Below, piece by piece: positions 35,988 through 47,818 of a stretch of 64,000 bases of DNA. The notes under the pieces are model-generated. The model saw nothing but the letters and a program-made list of their open reading frames with translations, was not told where the DNA came from and did not search any database. Location: NCBI GenBank assembly GCA_050945695.1, contig JBMNTK010000002.1, positions 3,395-67,394 on the forward strand, given 5' to 3'. Within the stretch, counting starts at the first letter, position 1, and each line of letters opens with the position of its first letter. A program made the translations under genes and the position numbers. Origin of the DNA: Anaerolineae bacterium. Lineage in GTDB: Bacteria; Chloroflexota; Anaerolineae; DRVO01.

Positions 35988-37172
35988 ATGAAAGCCATCG
36001 GGCGATGGTTGCCGTCAATAGCATTGCTTATCGTGGCACTGGCACTCCGGCTTGAGCTGGCCCCGGAGTCAGGTGGATCCTCGGTGTCGTCGGCGCAAGG
36101 TGCCGTAGCTACCGCCACGCCAGTGCAGACCGCGGATCCTGTGCCCGAGTCCGAGGCAGCAAACGCTCTGGAGGCCCAGATAACCGCCGTCTACGAGCAG
36201 GCTGCCCCGGCTGTAGTCAACATAACCAGCCGGCGCATCGTCACCGACTTTTTCCTGCGGGCCATCCCCCAGGAGGGCAGCGGGTCCGGCTTTCTGTGGG
36301 ACGATGAGGGACACGTGGTCACCAACTACCACGTGGTGGGGAATGCCCAGGACATCCTGGTGACCTTCGCCGACGGGCGCACCTACGAGGCCGAGGTGGT
36401 AGGGGTGGATGCCACCAATGACCTGGCCGTCCTCAGGGTGGCGGCCGATGCCGACCTTCCCCAGCCACTGACCCTAGCCGACGCCTCCCAGTTGCGGGTG
36501 GGGCAGTTCGTCCTGGCCATCGGCAATCCCTATGGCCTCGACCACACCCTCACCGTGGGCGTCATCAGCGCCCTGGAGCGAGTGATCGAGAGCCCGGAGG
36601 AGTCTGGCTTCATCGGTGAGGCCATCCAGACCGATGCCGCCGTCAACCCGGGCAACTCGGGCGGACCCCTCCTGGACCTGCGCGGGCGCGTGGTGGGGGT
36701 CAACTCCCAGATCATCAGCCCCAGCGGCGCCTCGGCCGGCATCGGTTTCGCCGTGTCGGCCAACACCGTAGCCCGGGTCGTGCCCGCCCTGATCGAGCAG
36801 GGCTACTACGATCACCCCTGGCTGGGCATCGAGACGGTGGATCTGACCCCGTCTGTCATTCGCATCCTGCGGGAGGCGGGCATGGACGTGCCGGTGGACG
36901 CTGGGCTCATGGTGCTGGGCGTCTACCGGGGCTCCCCGGCAGGGCAGGCCGGTATCCAGGGGGCGCAGAGGCAGGTTCTGGTTGGCCGGTACCGCGTCCC
37001 GGTGGACGGGGACATCATCACCGCCGTCAACGGGGTGCCGGTCAAGAACGAGGAAGAGCTCACCGTCTACCTGGAGACCAAGACCGTTGTGGGCGACACC
37101 GTGGAGCTGACGGTGATCCGCAACGGGGCCGAGCAGCAGATCGCGGTGACGGTCGCCGCCAGTCCCCAGTGA
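35988..37172 (+). CDS. HtrA/DegP-family serine protease with one PDZ domain
   Basis: Catalytic His 'TNYHVV', Asp 'TNDLAVL', Ser 'GNSGGPL'. Signal/TM at the N-terminus. C-terminal PDZ-like region. Confidence 0.8.
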   Translation: MKAIGRWLPSIALLIVALALRLELAPESGGSSVSSAQGAVATATPVQTADPVPESEAANALEAQITAVYEQAAPAVVNITSRRIVTDFFLRAIPQEGSGSGFLWDDEGHVVTNYHVVGNAQDILVTFADGRTYEAEVVGVDATNDLAVLRVAADADLPQPLTLADASQLRVGQFVLAIGNPYGLDHTLTVGVISALERVIESPEESGFIGEAIQTDAAVNPGNSGGPLLDLRGRVVGVNSQIISPSGASAGIGFAVSANTVARVVPALIEQGYYDHPWLGIETVDLTPSVIRILREAGMDVPVDAGLMVLGVYRGSPAGQAGIQGAQRQVLVGRYRVPVDGDIITAVNGVPVKNEEELTVYLETKTVVGDTVELTVIRNGAEQQIAVTVAASPQ

Positions 37173-37224
37173 CTGAGCCCCGTGGCAGGGCAGGCGTCGC
37201 CCCAATCGCCGGTATGGATCGAAG

Positions 37225-38004
37225 ATGAAGCCGAAACCCAGTTCTCTCGACAACGAGGCAGTAGCCACCAGCAGCCTGGACGTGGGCGTGGTCTCCGACG
37301 ACCGGCTCTCCCCGGTCGTCGAGACCCGGGGCGTGAGCAAGGTGTACCGCATGGGTCCGGTGGAGGTCAGGGCTCTGCACAACATTGACCTCAGGATCGC
37401 CCGGGGCGACTTCGTGGCCGTGATGGGCGCCTCCGGGTCCGGCAAGTCCACTCTCATGAACATCCTTGGCTGTCTGGACCGCCCCACCGAGGGAACCTAC
37501 CTCCTGGAGGGGCAGGATGTGAGCGAGCTGGACCGGGACGAGCTGGCCCTGATCCGCAACGAGAAGATCGGCTTCGTCTTCCAGCGGTACAACCTCCTGC
37601 CGCGCCTGAGCGCCCTCAAGAACGTGGCCCTGCCCCTGCTCTACTCCCCTGACGGCCACGGAGAGGACGAGGAAGGCCCCGAGGAACGAGCCCAGCGAGC
37701 CCTGGAGGCGGTGGGACTGGGGGACCGCGCCCATCACCGGCCCAACGAGCTTTCCGGCGGGCAGCAGCAGCGGGTGGCCATAGCCAGAGCCCTGGTCAAT
37801 GACCCGGCCATCATCCTGGCCGACGAGCCCACCGGCAACCTGGATAGCCGCGCCGGCCACGAGATAATGGCCCTTCTGGAAGGGCTGAACCGGCAGGGGG
37901 TGACCCTCATCGTCGTCACCCACGAGGACGACATCGCGGCCTACGCCCGGCGGGTCGTGCGCCTGCACGATGGAGAGATCGTCGCCGACGAGGTGAGAGG
38001 ATGA
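37225..38004 (+). CDS. MacB-type ABC transporter ATP-binding protein
   Basis: Walker A 'GASGSGKST', signature '[15 protein letters not shown]'. Confidence 0.85.
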   Translation: MKPKPSSLDNEAVATSSLDVGVVSDDRLSPVVETRGVSKVYRMGPVEVRALHNIDLRIARGDFVAVMGASGSGKSTLMNILGCLDRPTEGTYLLEGQDVSELDRDELALIRNEKIGFVFQRYNLLPRLSALKNVALPLLYSPDGHGEDEEGPEERAQRALEAVGLGDRAHHRPNELSGGQQQRVAIARALVNDPAIILADEPTGNLDSRAGHEIMALLEGLNRQGVTLIVVTHEDDIAAYARRVVRLHDGEIVADEVRG

Positions 38005-39248
38005 ACACCTGGCGGACCTTACAGACAGCCTGGGAGGGAGTGGCCGCCAACAAGATGCGCTCCTTCCTCACGGTGCTGGGGGTGGTCATCGGGGTGGCAG
38101 CCGTGATCCTGATGGTAGGGGTCAGCAAGGCCACCGAGGCTGCCATCGCGGACACCATCAACAGCCTCGGCTCCGATCTGATCATCGTCAGCTCCGCTCG
38201 CTTCGGTCCCATGTTGGTCACGCGAGGCGGGATGTACGGTGGCAGCAGGGCTGGCCTCACCTACGACGACGCTGTCGCCATCTCCCAGGAGGTGAGAGGA
38301 ATCGAAGGGGTCGCCCCGGAACAGATCATGCCCGGGCAGACCGTCCGCCATGACAGAGCCACCCTGACCACGCTCCTGGTGGGCACCACCGCCGACTACC
38401 CCATCGTGCGCGATGTGGAGGCGGACGAGGGCCGCTTCCTCACCGAGCAGGACTTGGAGCGCGCGAACAAGGTGGCCGTGCTGGGACACGCCGTGGCCGA
38501 AGAGCTCTTCCCTCAAGGCGACGCCGTTGGCCAGAGCATCACCGTGGGCCCGAATAACGTCAGGCTGACAGTGGTGGGAGTCATGGCCAGCAAGGGCACC
38601 GTGGCCGAAACGGACTACGACAACCGCATCTACGTCCCCATCACTCTGGTGTTCCAGAAGCTCATGCCCTCCCCCATGGCGGTCATGATCGGCAACCCCC
38701 TGAGCTCCCTCTACGTCAAGGCCGAGAGCCAGGAGACCATGGGTTCAGCCATCGCCCAGATAACCTCACTGCTGAACAAGCGCCACAACATCGTGGGTGA
38801 GCCTGATTTCCAGGTCCAAACCCAGGACGACATCATCAAGACGCGACAGGCGACCAGCTCCTCCTTTCGCAGCCTGCTGGCCTGGGTGGGGGCCGTGTCC
38901 CTGCTGGTGGGCGGGATCGGCATCATGAACATCATGCTGGTCTCGGTGACGGAGCGCACCCGCGAGATCGGCATCCGCCAGGCCATCGGCGCCCGGCCCG
39001 GAGACATCCGACGGCAGTTCCTGCTGGAGGCGCTCATCCTCAGCCTGGGCGGGGGGCTCATCGGACTGGCGGCCGCCTACGCCATTGCCAGTTACGCCGG
39101 CACCCTGGGCGGCATGCGGGTGCTGATCGTGCCGGACTCGGTGGCCCTGGCCTTCGGGGCGGCCTCGGCGGTGGGGATCTTCTTCGGGTTCTACCCGGCT
39201 AACCGCGCCGCCAACATGGACCCGATCGAGGCGCTTCGCTACGAGTGA
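38001..39248 (+). CDS. MacB-type ABC permease (FtsX domain with large periplasmic domain)
   Basis: TM1, ~230-aa periplasmic domain, then a C-terminal 3-TM FtsX module. Overlaps the ATPase stop. Confidence 0.8.
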   Translation: MNTWRTLQTAWEGVAANKMRSFLTVLGVVIGVAAVILMVGVSKATEAAIADTINSLGSDLIIVSSARFGPMLVTRGGMYGGSRAGLTYDDAVAISQEVRGIEGVAPEQIMPGQTVRHDRATLTTLLVGTTADYPIVRDVEADEGRFLTEQDLERANKVAVLGHAVAEELFPQGDAVGQSITVGPNNVRLTVVGVMASKGTVAETDYDNRIYVPITLVFQKLMPSPMAVMIGNPLSSLYVKAESQETMGSAIAQITSLLNKRHNIVGEPDFQVQTQDDIIKTRQATSSSFRSLLAWVGAVSLLVGGIGIMNIMLVSVTERTREIGIRQAIGARPGDIRRQFLLEALILSLGGGLIGLAAAYAIASYAGTLGGMRVLIVPDSVALAFGAASAVGIFFGFYPANRAANMDPIEALRYE

Positions 39249-39390
39249 TCAGGCCAGTCCCGTGCGCTTCCTCCTTCTGGGAAGAAGGGGAGACCCTCAA
39301 GCGGCCCTGCATCCGGGCAGGCGACTTCACATACGAGGGACGGGGAACTCATGAAAAGGACATACGTCATAGCAGCCGTTGCGCTGGTAG

Positions 39391-40383
39391 GTGCTGGGGG
39401 GCCGGCCGGTGGGGGCCATTATCCTGCGGCCGCCGGAGAACCCTGAGAACGGCAACCGCGAGAGCTCCTTTCTCAGCTCGGTGAACCGATCACTGCTGGT
39501 TTCGGTGGCAGTCACTGGATCGGCGGCGGTCCTGCTTGCCCTGGGGCTTTCTCGTCGCATCCTCCGGCCGGTAGAGGCGCTCACGCAGGCCGCCCGGGCC
39601 GTGGGCGCCGGGGACTTGAGCCGACGGGTGGGGGTGACCACCGACGACGAGATCGGCGAGCTGGCCCAAGCCTTCAACTCCATGGCCGAGAGCCTGGCCC
39701 GCCTGGAACAGCCCCGACGCAACCTGGTCACCGATGTTGCCCACGAACTCCGCACGCCCCTATCTAACGTGAGAGCCTACCTGGAGGGCATGTGCGACGG
39801 CGTCATCGAGCCCTCCCCAGAGGCCATCGCCTCCATCTACGAGGAAGCCCTCCTCCTGAGCAAGCTGGTGGACGATCTGCAGGAGCTCTCCCTGGCGGAG
39901 GCAGGCGCTATGAAGCTGCATCGTCGGCCTCTGGCCCTGCTGGAGACGGTCACCAAGGCCCTCGCCGCCGCCAAGGGCATCTCCCTGGCAACTGACCTCC
40001 CGCCGGACCTGCCCCTGGTGGATGCCGACCCGGATCGGGTGGGCCAGGTGCTGCGCAACCTCCTTAGCAACGCCGTGGCTCACACCGCCACGGGTGGTCA
40101 CGTCCTGGTGAGAGCGAGGCCGTCCGGCGCCGAGGTCCAGGTGACAGTGCAGGACGACGGGGAGGGCATCCCGGAAAAACACCTGCCTCACATCTTCGAC
40201 CGGTTCTACCGCGCCGACGACTCCCGGGCGCGAACCACCGGCGGCTCGGGGCTAGGCCTGGCCATTGCCCAGCAACTGGTACAGGCGCACGGCGGCCGCA
40301 TCTGGGCCGAGAGTACCGAAGGCGAGGGATCCCTGTTCCACTTCACCCTGCCGATTGCGCCGGGAGACGCGGAGGTGGAGTGA
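39391..40383 (+). CDS. Sensor histidine kinase (HAMP-HisKA-HATPase); N-terminus probably extends to ATG 39351 via a frameshift
   Basis: H-box 'VAHELRTPL', N/G boxes. Upstream ATG 39351 encodes a perfect TM1 (MKRTYVIAAVALVGAGG) in the +1 frame across a G6 run. Confidence 0.7.
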   Translation: MLGGRPVGAIILRPPENPENGNRESSFLSSVNRSLLVSVAVTGSAAVLLALGLSRRILRPVEALTQAARAVGAGDLSRRVGVTTDDEIGELAQAFNSMAESLARLEQPRRNLVTDVAHELRTPLSNVRAYLEGMCDGVIEPSPEAIASIYEEALLLSKLVDDLQELSLAEAGAMKLHRRPLALLETVTKALAAAKGISLATDLPPDLPLVDADPDRVGQVLRNLLSNAVAHTATGGHVLVRARPSGAEVQVTVQDDGEGIPEKHLPHIFDRFYRADDSRARTTGGSGLGLAIAQQLVQAHGGRIWAESTEGEGSLFHFTLPIAPGDAEVE

Positions 40384-40512
40384 GGGGGCGCCAGCGGTCG
40401 GCTGAGGCTTCGCACCGGGATCACCCTGCTTGCCCAGCCGCGGTCCAGCTCCTACATTGATATCTGTCGCTTATGTAACCGATCCGCTGGCATCCATCGC
40501 CGGAGGGGACTG

Positions 40513-41662
40513 ATGGAGCGCGATCCCCGGCGCTACCCAGACTTCGAGTTCAACCTGCGGGAGCTGGCCGGCTCCATGGGGGACTTCGGCACCCTCTTCC
40601 CCCTGGCCATCGGCCTCATCGCCGTCAACGGCATGGATCCCACCGGCCTCTTCGTCATGCTGGGGCTCACCAACATCGCCACCGGGCTTATCTACCGCCT
40701 GCCCATGCCGGTGGAGCCCAAGAAGGTGGTCTCGGCCGCCGCCATCGCCCAAGGGTGGCCCGCCTCGACCGTGGTGGCCTCCGGGCTGGGGCTGGGCCTG
40801 ATCTGGTTCGCCATCACCGCCACCGGGGCCGTGCGGCGGCTGGTGCGGGTGACGCCCGTCTACATCATCCGCGGCATCCAGCTGGCCTTGGGCGTGAGCC
40901 TGGCGCTGGGGGCGATAGAGATGTCAGTCCCCGAGCCCTGGCTCATGCTGGTTGCCCTGGCCATCATCTTTCTCTTCCGTCGCAGCCCTTACGCCCCCTC
41001 GGCGCTGGTGATCATGGCCCTGGGCGTGGGCATCATGGCCCTACGCGGCGACCTGGCCGGGCGGGTGGCGTTCTCGCTCTCCCTGCCGGCCTTCTCGGTC
41101 CCTACCCTAAGAGACGTCTGGAACGGGCTGCTCTGGGCCGGATTCGCCCAGATTCCCCTCACCCTCACCAACGCCGTCCTGGCCACCGCCACTATGATCC
41201 GGGACCTATTCCCGGAGAAGCCGGTCTCGGAGGAGCGGCTCATGGTGAACATGGGAGCCATGAACGTGGCCGCCTCCTTCTTCGGCGGGATGCCCATGTG
41301 CCACGGCTCCGGTGGCCTGGCGGGGCAGTACTACTTCGGGGCCCGCACCGGCGGCACCAACATCCTGGAGGGGCTGATCGAGGTTGCTCTGGGCGTCCTC
41401 CTGGGTCGGTCCCTCCTGGACCTGCTGAGCGCCTTCCCCATGCCCCTGGTGGGCGGGATGATGCTGGTGGTGGGCTTCCAATTCGCTCGGCCGGTGCTCA
41501 AGCTGCGAGGGGTGCCGCTGGCCCTATGCCTGCTGACGGCAGCCGTCTCCGTGGCCACGAACATGGCGGTGGGGTTCGCCGTCGGCCTGGGAGCGGCCCA
41601 CCTGCTGCCTCGCCTTGGGCTGCCTGCCCCGCAATCACCCTCACCTAAGGAAGCGCAGCCGC

Positions 41663-41676
<14 letters not shown>
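40513..41676 (+). CDS. MOT1/SulP-like anion (molybdate/sulfate) transporter family protein
   Basis: N-terminal 'FNLRELAGSMGDFGTLFPL' matches the MOT1-family motif. ~10 TM. Confidence 0.5.
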
Positions 41677-42642
<966 letters not shown>

Positions 42643-42646
<4 letters not shown>

Positions 42647-43386
42647 AGGCTCAACTGCTGCGCGCCTGGTACATCTGCCGCAAGGACCTGCGGGCCTATT
42701 ACCGCAAGCCGCCCCTCATCAGCTGGGGCCTGATGTTCCCCGCTGCCATGGTGCTGGCTTTCTACCTGCGCAATCCGGGCGACATCGGCCAGATGGTGCC
42801 TGGCCTTATCGGCATTACCCTTCTCTTCGGTGCCACTTCCATGGAAGTGGTGGCCATCGCCTTCGAGAAGCGCATCGGCGCTCTGGAGCGGCTGGCCATG
42901 GCCCCGGTGTCCGTGGCCACCATACTGCTGGGCAAGGTGGCGACCGGCGCCATCTTCGCCCTGGTCCTGGGAGCGGTGGTGACCCTGGTAGCACTGACCT
43001 TCACCGGGGTTCCGGCCCTCTCGGCTGGGCTCCTGCTGTCGCTGTCAGTGACCCTGATCCTTGGCTCAGTGGTCTTCTCGCTCCTCGGGGCCTTCGTGTC
43101 GGTGGCCGTCAAGGAAGTGTTCGACGCCATGACCCTGGCCAACTACTTCCGCTTCCCCATGCTCTTCCTCTCCGGCACCTTCGCGCCGCTGGCCGCCACG
43201 CCCGACCTGCTACGGTGGCTGGCGTATCTCATGCCCCTGACCTACGTGGTAGACGCCCTTCGCCACGCCCTCCGACTGCCGGCAGCCGTGCCCCTGGTGC
43301 TGGACTGGGCGGTGGTGTTAGGCTTCACCGTGCTGCTGGCCTTGGGCACCGGGCGGACCTTAGTCCGTCAGTTGGAGGAGCCATAG
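42643..43386 (+). CDS. ABC-2 family permease (DrrB-like)
   Basis: 6-TM ABC-2 profile. ATGA overlap with the ATPase. Confidence 0.75.
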
Positions 43387-45326
43387 TGAGAAGCCGTCCA
43401 CCAGCTCCATCACCGGGCTCGGCAGGAGCCGAGGGACCACCGGCCATTCGCTCGCCCGGTAGCGGAAGCGGCCCAGGGCGGACAGGCCAGCCCCAGCGCC
43501 CAGTCTGGCCCACCGCGCGCCGACTGCTGGGGTACATGCGACCCGAGGCCTGGCGCTTCGCTGGGATGCTCGTGGCCCTGCTGGCCTCTAGTGCTATCGA
43601 GCTGGCCCCGCCCTGGCTCACCCGCTACGCCATTGACACGGTCATCCCCGCCGGTGTGCCGCGGGATATCTGGCTGATCGCCTTGGCCATTGTAGGGGTC
43701 TCCCTGATCCAGGGTCTGGTGGACTTCGTACGGTTGTACCTTTCGGCCTACACCGGCCAGCGCATCATCTTTGGCATCCGCACTGCCCTCTTCGAGCACC
43801 TTAGCCGCCTCTCGTTCTCCTTCTACGACCAGGCTCGCACCGGCGACCTGATGTCACGGGTCACCGCTGACGTGGATGCGCTCAGCCGGTTCTTCACCCG
43901 GTCCAGCATCGTGGTAGTCACCAACGTTCTGACCATCCTGGGCATCCTAGTCGTGGTGCTCACCTGGGATCCACGGCTGGCACTCCTCTACCTGCTCATG
44001 ATCCCCTTTATGGCGCACGCCATGTGGGTCTACGCTCGCCGGGTACGCCCCGCGTTCACCCAGGCCCGTCAGCACCTAGCCGCTCTCAGTGCCACGTTGC
44101 GTGAGAGCCTGGTGGGCATACAGGTGGTGAAGCTCTTTGGGGCCGAGCAGTACGAGGCGGCCAAGGCCGCGGCCGAGAGCCACGCCTACCGCCAGGCCAA
44201 CGTGGAGGCCGCTCGGACCTCCTCGTTCTGGATGCCATATACCCAGGTTCTGGTGGCCGCTTTCACCGGAATCGTCCTCTGGTACGGGGGCTGGCAGGTG
44301 ATTCGGGGCTCCATCTCCCTGGGTATGCTGGTCGGTTTCAGCAGCTACCTGGCCATGCTCATCCGGCCCATCCGCCAGACGGGCATGATGCTGTCGTCCG
44401 TTCTCCAGGCCGTCGCCGCGGCGGAGCGGGTGTTTGAGGTGCTGGACACCGAGCCCCAGATCCAGGACGCACCTGGCGCCTACGACCTGCCCCGCCCGAC
44501 GGGATGGGTCCGCTTCGATGGTGTCAGTTTCGCTTACGCCGGGGACCAGCGGGTGCTGGACGGGGTCAGCTTCGAGGCCAAACCCGGGCAGATGGTCGCT
44601 CTCGTGGGGCCATCTGGCGCCGGCAAGACCACGGTGGTGCACCTGATCCCCCGCTTCTACGACGTGCAGGAAGGCGCTGTCACCATCGATGGCCACGACG
44701 TCCGCTCGGTCACCGTCAGGTCTCTGCGAGATGCGGTCGGGATAGCCATGCAGGACGCTTTCGTGTTCGACGCCTCTTTGGGCGAGAACATCGCCTACGG
44801 CAATCCCCATGCCACGCAGGACGAGATAGAGTCAGCCGCCCGTGCAGTGCAGCTCCATGACTTCATCGTCTCCCTGCCTGAGGGCTACGACACCCCGGTG
44901 GGTGAGCGGGGCGTGCAGCTATCCGGTGGCCAGCGTCAGCGCCTGGCCCTAGCTCGCGTACTGCTGAAGGACGCACCCATCCTGATCCTCGACGAGCCCA
45001 CCTCGAGCGTAGACGCCGCTACCGAGGTGCAGATGCAGCAGGCACTGGACCGGGTCCGCCAGGGCCGCACCACATTCGTCATCGCTCACCGGCTATGGAC
45101 GGTCCAGCGGGCCGACCAGATCCTGGTGCTGGCGGGAGGGCGCATCGTAGAGCGCGGCGAGAGCAGAGATGGCCGCTCTGCCCACGAGATGCTCGTGGCG
45201 GCCGGCGGGCTGTACAGCGACCTAGTTCGCCAACAGACTCGGGATCTAGCCACCGGAAGCATCACCGGGCAGGGGCAACCGCAGACAGCGGGGCCGGAAG
45301 GTGGCTCCGAGGAGGTGCGGCCATGA
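43386..45326 (+). CDS. ABC exporter, fused TMD-NBD, with ~45-aa Pro/Gly/Ser-rich N-terminal extension
   Basis: GTG overlapping the upstream TAG. Canonical 'ARRLLGYMRPEAWRF' then 6 TM. Walker A 'GPSGAGKTT', signature 'LSGGQRQRLALAR'. Confidence 0.8.
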   Translation: MRSRPPAPSPGSAGAEGPPAIRSPGSGSGPGRTGQPQRPVWPTARRLLGYMRPEAWRFAGMLVALLASSAIELAPPWLTRYAIDTVIPAGVPRDIWLIALAIVGVSLIQGLVDFVRLYLSAYTGQRIIFGIRTALFEHLSRLSFSFYDQARTGDLMSRVTADVDALSRFFTRSSIVVVTNVLTILGILVVVLTWDPRLALLYLLMIPFMAHAMWVYARRVRPAFTQARQHLAALSATLRESLVGIQVVKLFGAEQYEAAKAAAESHAYRQANVEAARTSSFWMPYTQVLVAAFTGIVLWYGGWQVIRGSISLGMLVGFSSYLAMLIRPIRQTGMMLSSVLQAVAAAERVFEVLDTEPQIQDAPGAYDLPRPTGWVRFDGVSFAYAGDQRVLDGVSFEAKPGQMVALVGPSGAGKTTVVHLIPRFYDVQEGAVTIDGHDVRSVTVRSLRDAVGIAMQDAFVFDASLGENIAYGNPHATQDEIESAARAVQLHDFIVSLPEGYDTPVGERGVQLSGGQRQRLALARVLLKDAPILILDEPTSSVDAATEVQMQQALDRVRQGRTTFVIAHRLWTVQRADQILVLAGGRIVERGESRDGRSAHEMLVAAGGLYSDLVRQQTRDLATGSITGQGQPQTAGPEGGSEEVRP

Positions 45327-47125
45327 GCATGCGCGGGGGATTCATGGGCCGGATGCGGGGCCAGGAGGAGAGCTACCGTCTCTCTCAGCTGGACCGGAGG
45401 GCCCTGGGGCTGTTGTGGGGGTACCTGCGTCCCTACCGTGCGAAGCTGCTGCTGGTCCTGGTGGCCCTGGCCGTTCTCACCGGTACCGGCTTGCTGGGCC
45501 CCTATCTGACCAAGGTAGCCATAGACTCCTACATCGCCGTGGGGGACTTGGCCGGGCTGAGCCTCATTTCCTTGCTCTACCTGCTGGTCGGAGGCCTTCA
45601 GTGGGGGGCCAGCTACTGGCAAGGCTACCTCTCCAGCCAGGTGGGCCAGGGCATCATCCACGATCTGCGATCTGACCTCTTCGATCGAGTGCTGCGCCAG
45701 TCAGTGCGCTTCCACCGCGAGGAGCAGGTCGGCCAGGTGATGTCCCGCCTGACTAACGACGTCAATACCCTAGCCGACGCGGCCACCAGCACGTTTCTGG
45801 GCCTGATCACCGACGTGCTGAGCCTAGGTGGCGTCGTGGTCGTCTTGCTGCTGCTCAACTGGCGCCTGGCCCTGGTGACGTTCGTGGTCATGCCCGTGGT
45901 CGTGCTGACCATGGCCCTTATGGGCAGGCGGATGCGGCACGCCTACCGGGATGTGCAGCAGGAACTGGCTGCCGTCAGCGCCGGGGTGGAGCAGGGCGTA
46001 TCGGGCATGCGGGTAACCCAGTCGCTCTCCGCGGAGTCCTACAGCGTGGAGCAGTTTGAGGACCTCAGCCTGCGCAACCTCCGCGCTAACCTGCGGGCCA
46101 GCCTGCTCACCGCTGCCCTGTCCCCTACCATGAGCATCACCGGCAGCCTGGGCACAGCCCTGGTGCTGGGCTACGGCGGGGTGCAGGTGGCGACGGGAGC
46201 CATCACCGTCGGCGTGCTCATGGCTGCCCTGGGTTACGTGCGTCGTTTCTTCGGCCCCTTGCGGGAACTCAGTCTGGTGTACAACACCTTGCAGGGAGCT
46301 GCCGCCTCTTTGGATCGGGTCTCTGACTACCTCGATCGGCCAGTGGAGGTGGAAGAACCGGAACATCCCCAGCGTCCGGCGGGCGGGTTTGTCGGCCGGG
46401 TGGATGTGGATCACGTCAGCTTCAGCTATGGCCGGGAGAAGGTCCTAGAGGACGTTTCCCTGACCATCGAGCCGGGTGAGGTGGCGGCGCTGGTGGGGCC
46501 GACGGGTGCCGGGAAGAGCACCCTCGTGAACCTTGTCACTCGCCTGTACGACGTGCAAGAGGGACGGGTGGCGTTGGACGGTGTGGATATCCGAGATATC
46601 GCCTTCGCTGACTTGCGGCGGCTCATAGCCGTGGTGCCGCAGGACACCTTCCTCTTCGACGGCAGCATTGGTGACAATATACGCTACGCCCGACGCGAGG
46701 CCACCGACGCCGAGGTCGAGGCGGCTGCCCGGCAGGCCCAGGCGCATGAGTTCATCTCCCGGCTGCCCCAGGGATATGAGACTCAGGTCGGTGAGGGTGG
46801 GGTGCGGCTCTCCGGAGGCCAGAAGCAACTGGTCGCCCTGGCCCGAGCCATGCTGGCCGACCCCACCATCCTCATCCTGGACGAGGCTACCTCTCACGTG
46901 GACGCCCACACCGAGGGTCTGATCCAGGCGGGCATGGAGGAGCTGCTGCGCGGGCGCACGGCTCTCATCATCGCCCACCGCTTCAGCACCCTGAAACGGG
47001 CGGATCGGATCTACGTCATGGAGGCGGGGCGAGTAGTCGCCCAGGGCACCCATGAGCAACTGCTGGAGATTAGCCCCACGTACCGCGACTTGGCTCAGAA
47101 GCAGTGGGTGGGGAGTGATACGTGA
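45323..47125 (+). CDS. ABC exporter, fused TMD-NBD (partner)
   Basis: ATG overlapping the upstream TGA, after GGAGGTG. Walker A 'GPTGAGKST', signature 'LSGGQKQLVALARAM'. Confidence 0.85.
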   Translation: MSMRGGFMGRMRGQEESYRLSQLDRRALGLLWGYLRPYRAKLLLVLVALAVLTGTGLLGPYLTKVAIDSYIAVGDLAGLSLISLLYLLVGGLQWGASYWQGYLSSQVGQGIIHDLRSDLFDRVLRQSVRFHREEQVGQVMSRLTNDVNTLADAATSTFLGLITDVLSLGGVVVVLLLLNWRLALVTFVVMPVVVLTMALMGRRMRHAYRDVQQELAAVSAGVEQGVSGMRVTQSLSAESYSVEQFEDLSLRNLRANLRASLLTAALSPTMSITGSLGTALVLGYGGVQVATGAITVGVLMAALGYVRRFFGPLRELSLVYNTLQGAAASLDRVSDYLDRPVEVEEPEHPQRPAGGFVGRVDVDHVSFSYGREKVLEDVSLTIEPGEVAALVGPTGAGKSTLVNLVTRLYDVQEGRVALDGVDIRDIAFADLRRLIAVVPQDTFLFDGSIGDNIRYARREATDAEVEAAARQAQAHEFISRLPQGYETQVGEGGVRLSGGQKQLVALARAMLADPTILILDEATSHVDAHTEGLIQAGMEELLRGRTALIIAHRFSTLKRADRIYVMEAGRVVAQGTHEQLLEISPTYRDLAQKQWVGSDT

Positions 47126-47172
47126 TACGTGACGCGTGAACCGGTCACGAGTCACGCATCACGTATCACGCG
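47117..47172. repeat. Perfectly symmetric heptamer-array palindrome (4x GTGAYRC + 4x complement)
   Basis: gtgatac|gtgatac|gtgacgc|gtgaacc|ggtcacg|agtcacg|catcacg|tatcacg. It overlaps the last codons and stop of the ABC exporter gene. Confidence 0.75.
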
Positions 47173-47242
47173 TTACCTTCTCGGATCTGCCGCGATATAG
47201 TTATTAGAGGGTGCACCCGCCGTGGCGCCGAGAGAGGTAGCG

Positions 47243-47818
47243 ATGCCGAGCCTGTCACTGGCCCATCAACTGACCGAAGCCTCCGAGCAGGAGGACGCCT
47301 CGCTGGTGCGGGCCGCCCAGCGCGACCGGGCTGCCTTTGCCCCTCTCTACGACCGCTACGTGACCCGGGTCTACCGCTACCTCTACTCCCGCATCGGGGA
47401 CGCCCACGCGGCCGAGGATGCTACCGCCCAGGTCTTCACCGAGGCCCTGGCCGGCCTGGGCGGCTACCGGGAGCAGGGCCGCTTCGCCCCCTGGCTCTTT
47501 AGCATCGCCCGCCGCCGGGCCGCCGACTACCACCGCCGCCGCGACCACGCCCCCCTGGAGGCGGCCCTGGCCCAGCCCGGCGAGCAAGACCCCTTGGCCA
47601 AGCTGGTGCGCGAGGAGGAGCTGCGGCGCCTGGCCGAGCTGGTGGGAGCGTTGGACGAAGAGGCGCGTGAGCTTCTGCGGCTGCGCTTTGCCGCCGGGCT
47701 CACCTATGGCGAGATCGGCGGGATGCTGGGCCGGAGCGAGGACGCCGTCAAGATGGCCGTGCACCGGCTGCTGCGCCGCCTGCAGCGATCTTGGGAGTTG
47801 ACCGATGGCCCCCAGTGA
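47243..47818 (+). CDS. ECF-type RNA polymerase sigma factor
   Basis: Sigma-70 region 2 ('YDRYVTRVYRYLYSRIG...AEDATAQVF') and region 4 ('LTYGEIGGMLGRSEDAVKMAVHR'). Confidence 0.8.
   Translation: MPSLSLAHQLTEASEQEDASLVRAAQRDRAAFAPLYDRYVTRVYRYLYSRIGDAHAAEDATAQVFTEALAGLGGYREQGRFAPWLFSIARRRAADYHRRRDHAPLEAALAQPGEQDPLAKLVREEELRRLAELVGALDEEARELLRLRFAAGLTYGEIGGMLGRSEDAVKMAVHRLLRRLQRSWELTDGPQ

Noticed and set aside
39245-39484. 79-aa ORF between the MacB permease and the HK
   Set aside because: Overlaps the real HK N-terminal region in another frame. Cys/Arg-rich nonsense.
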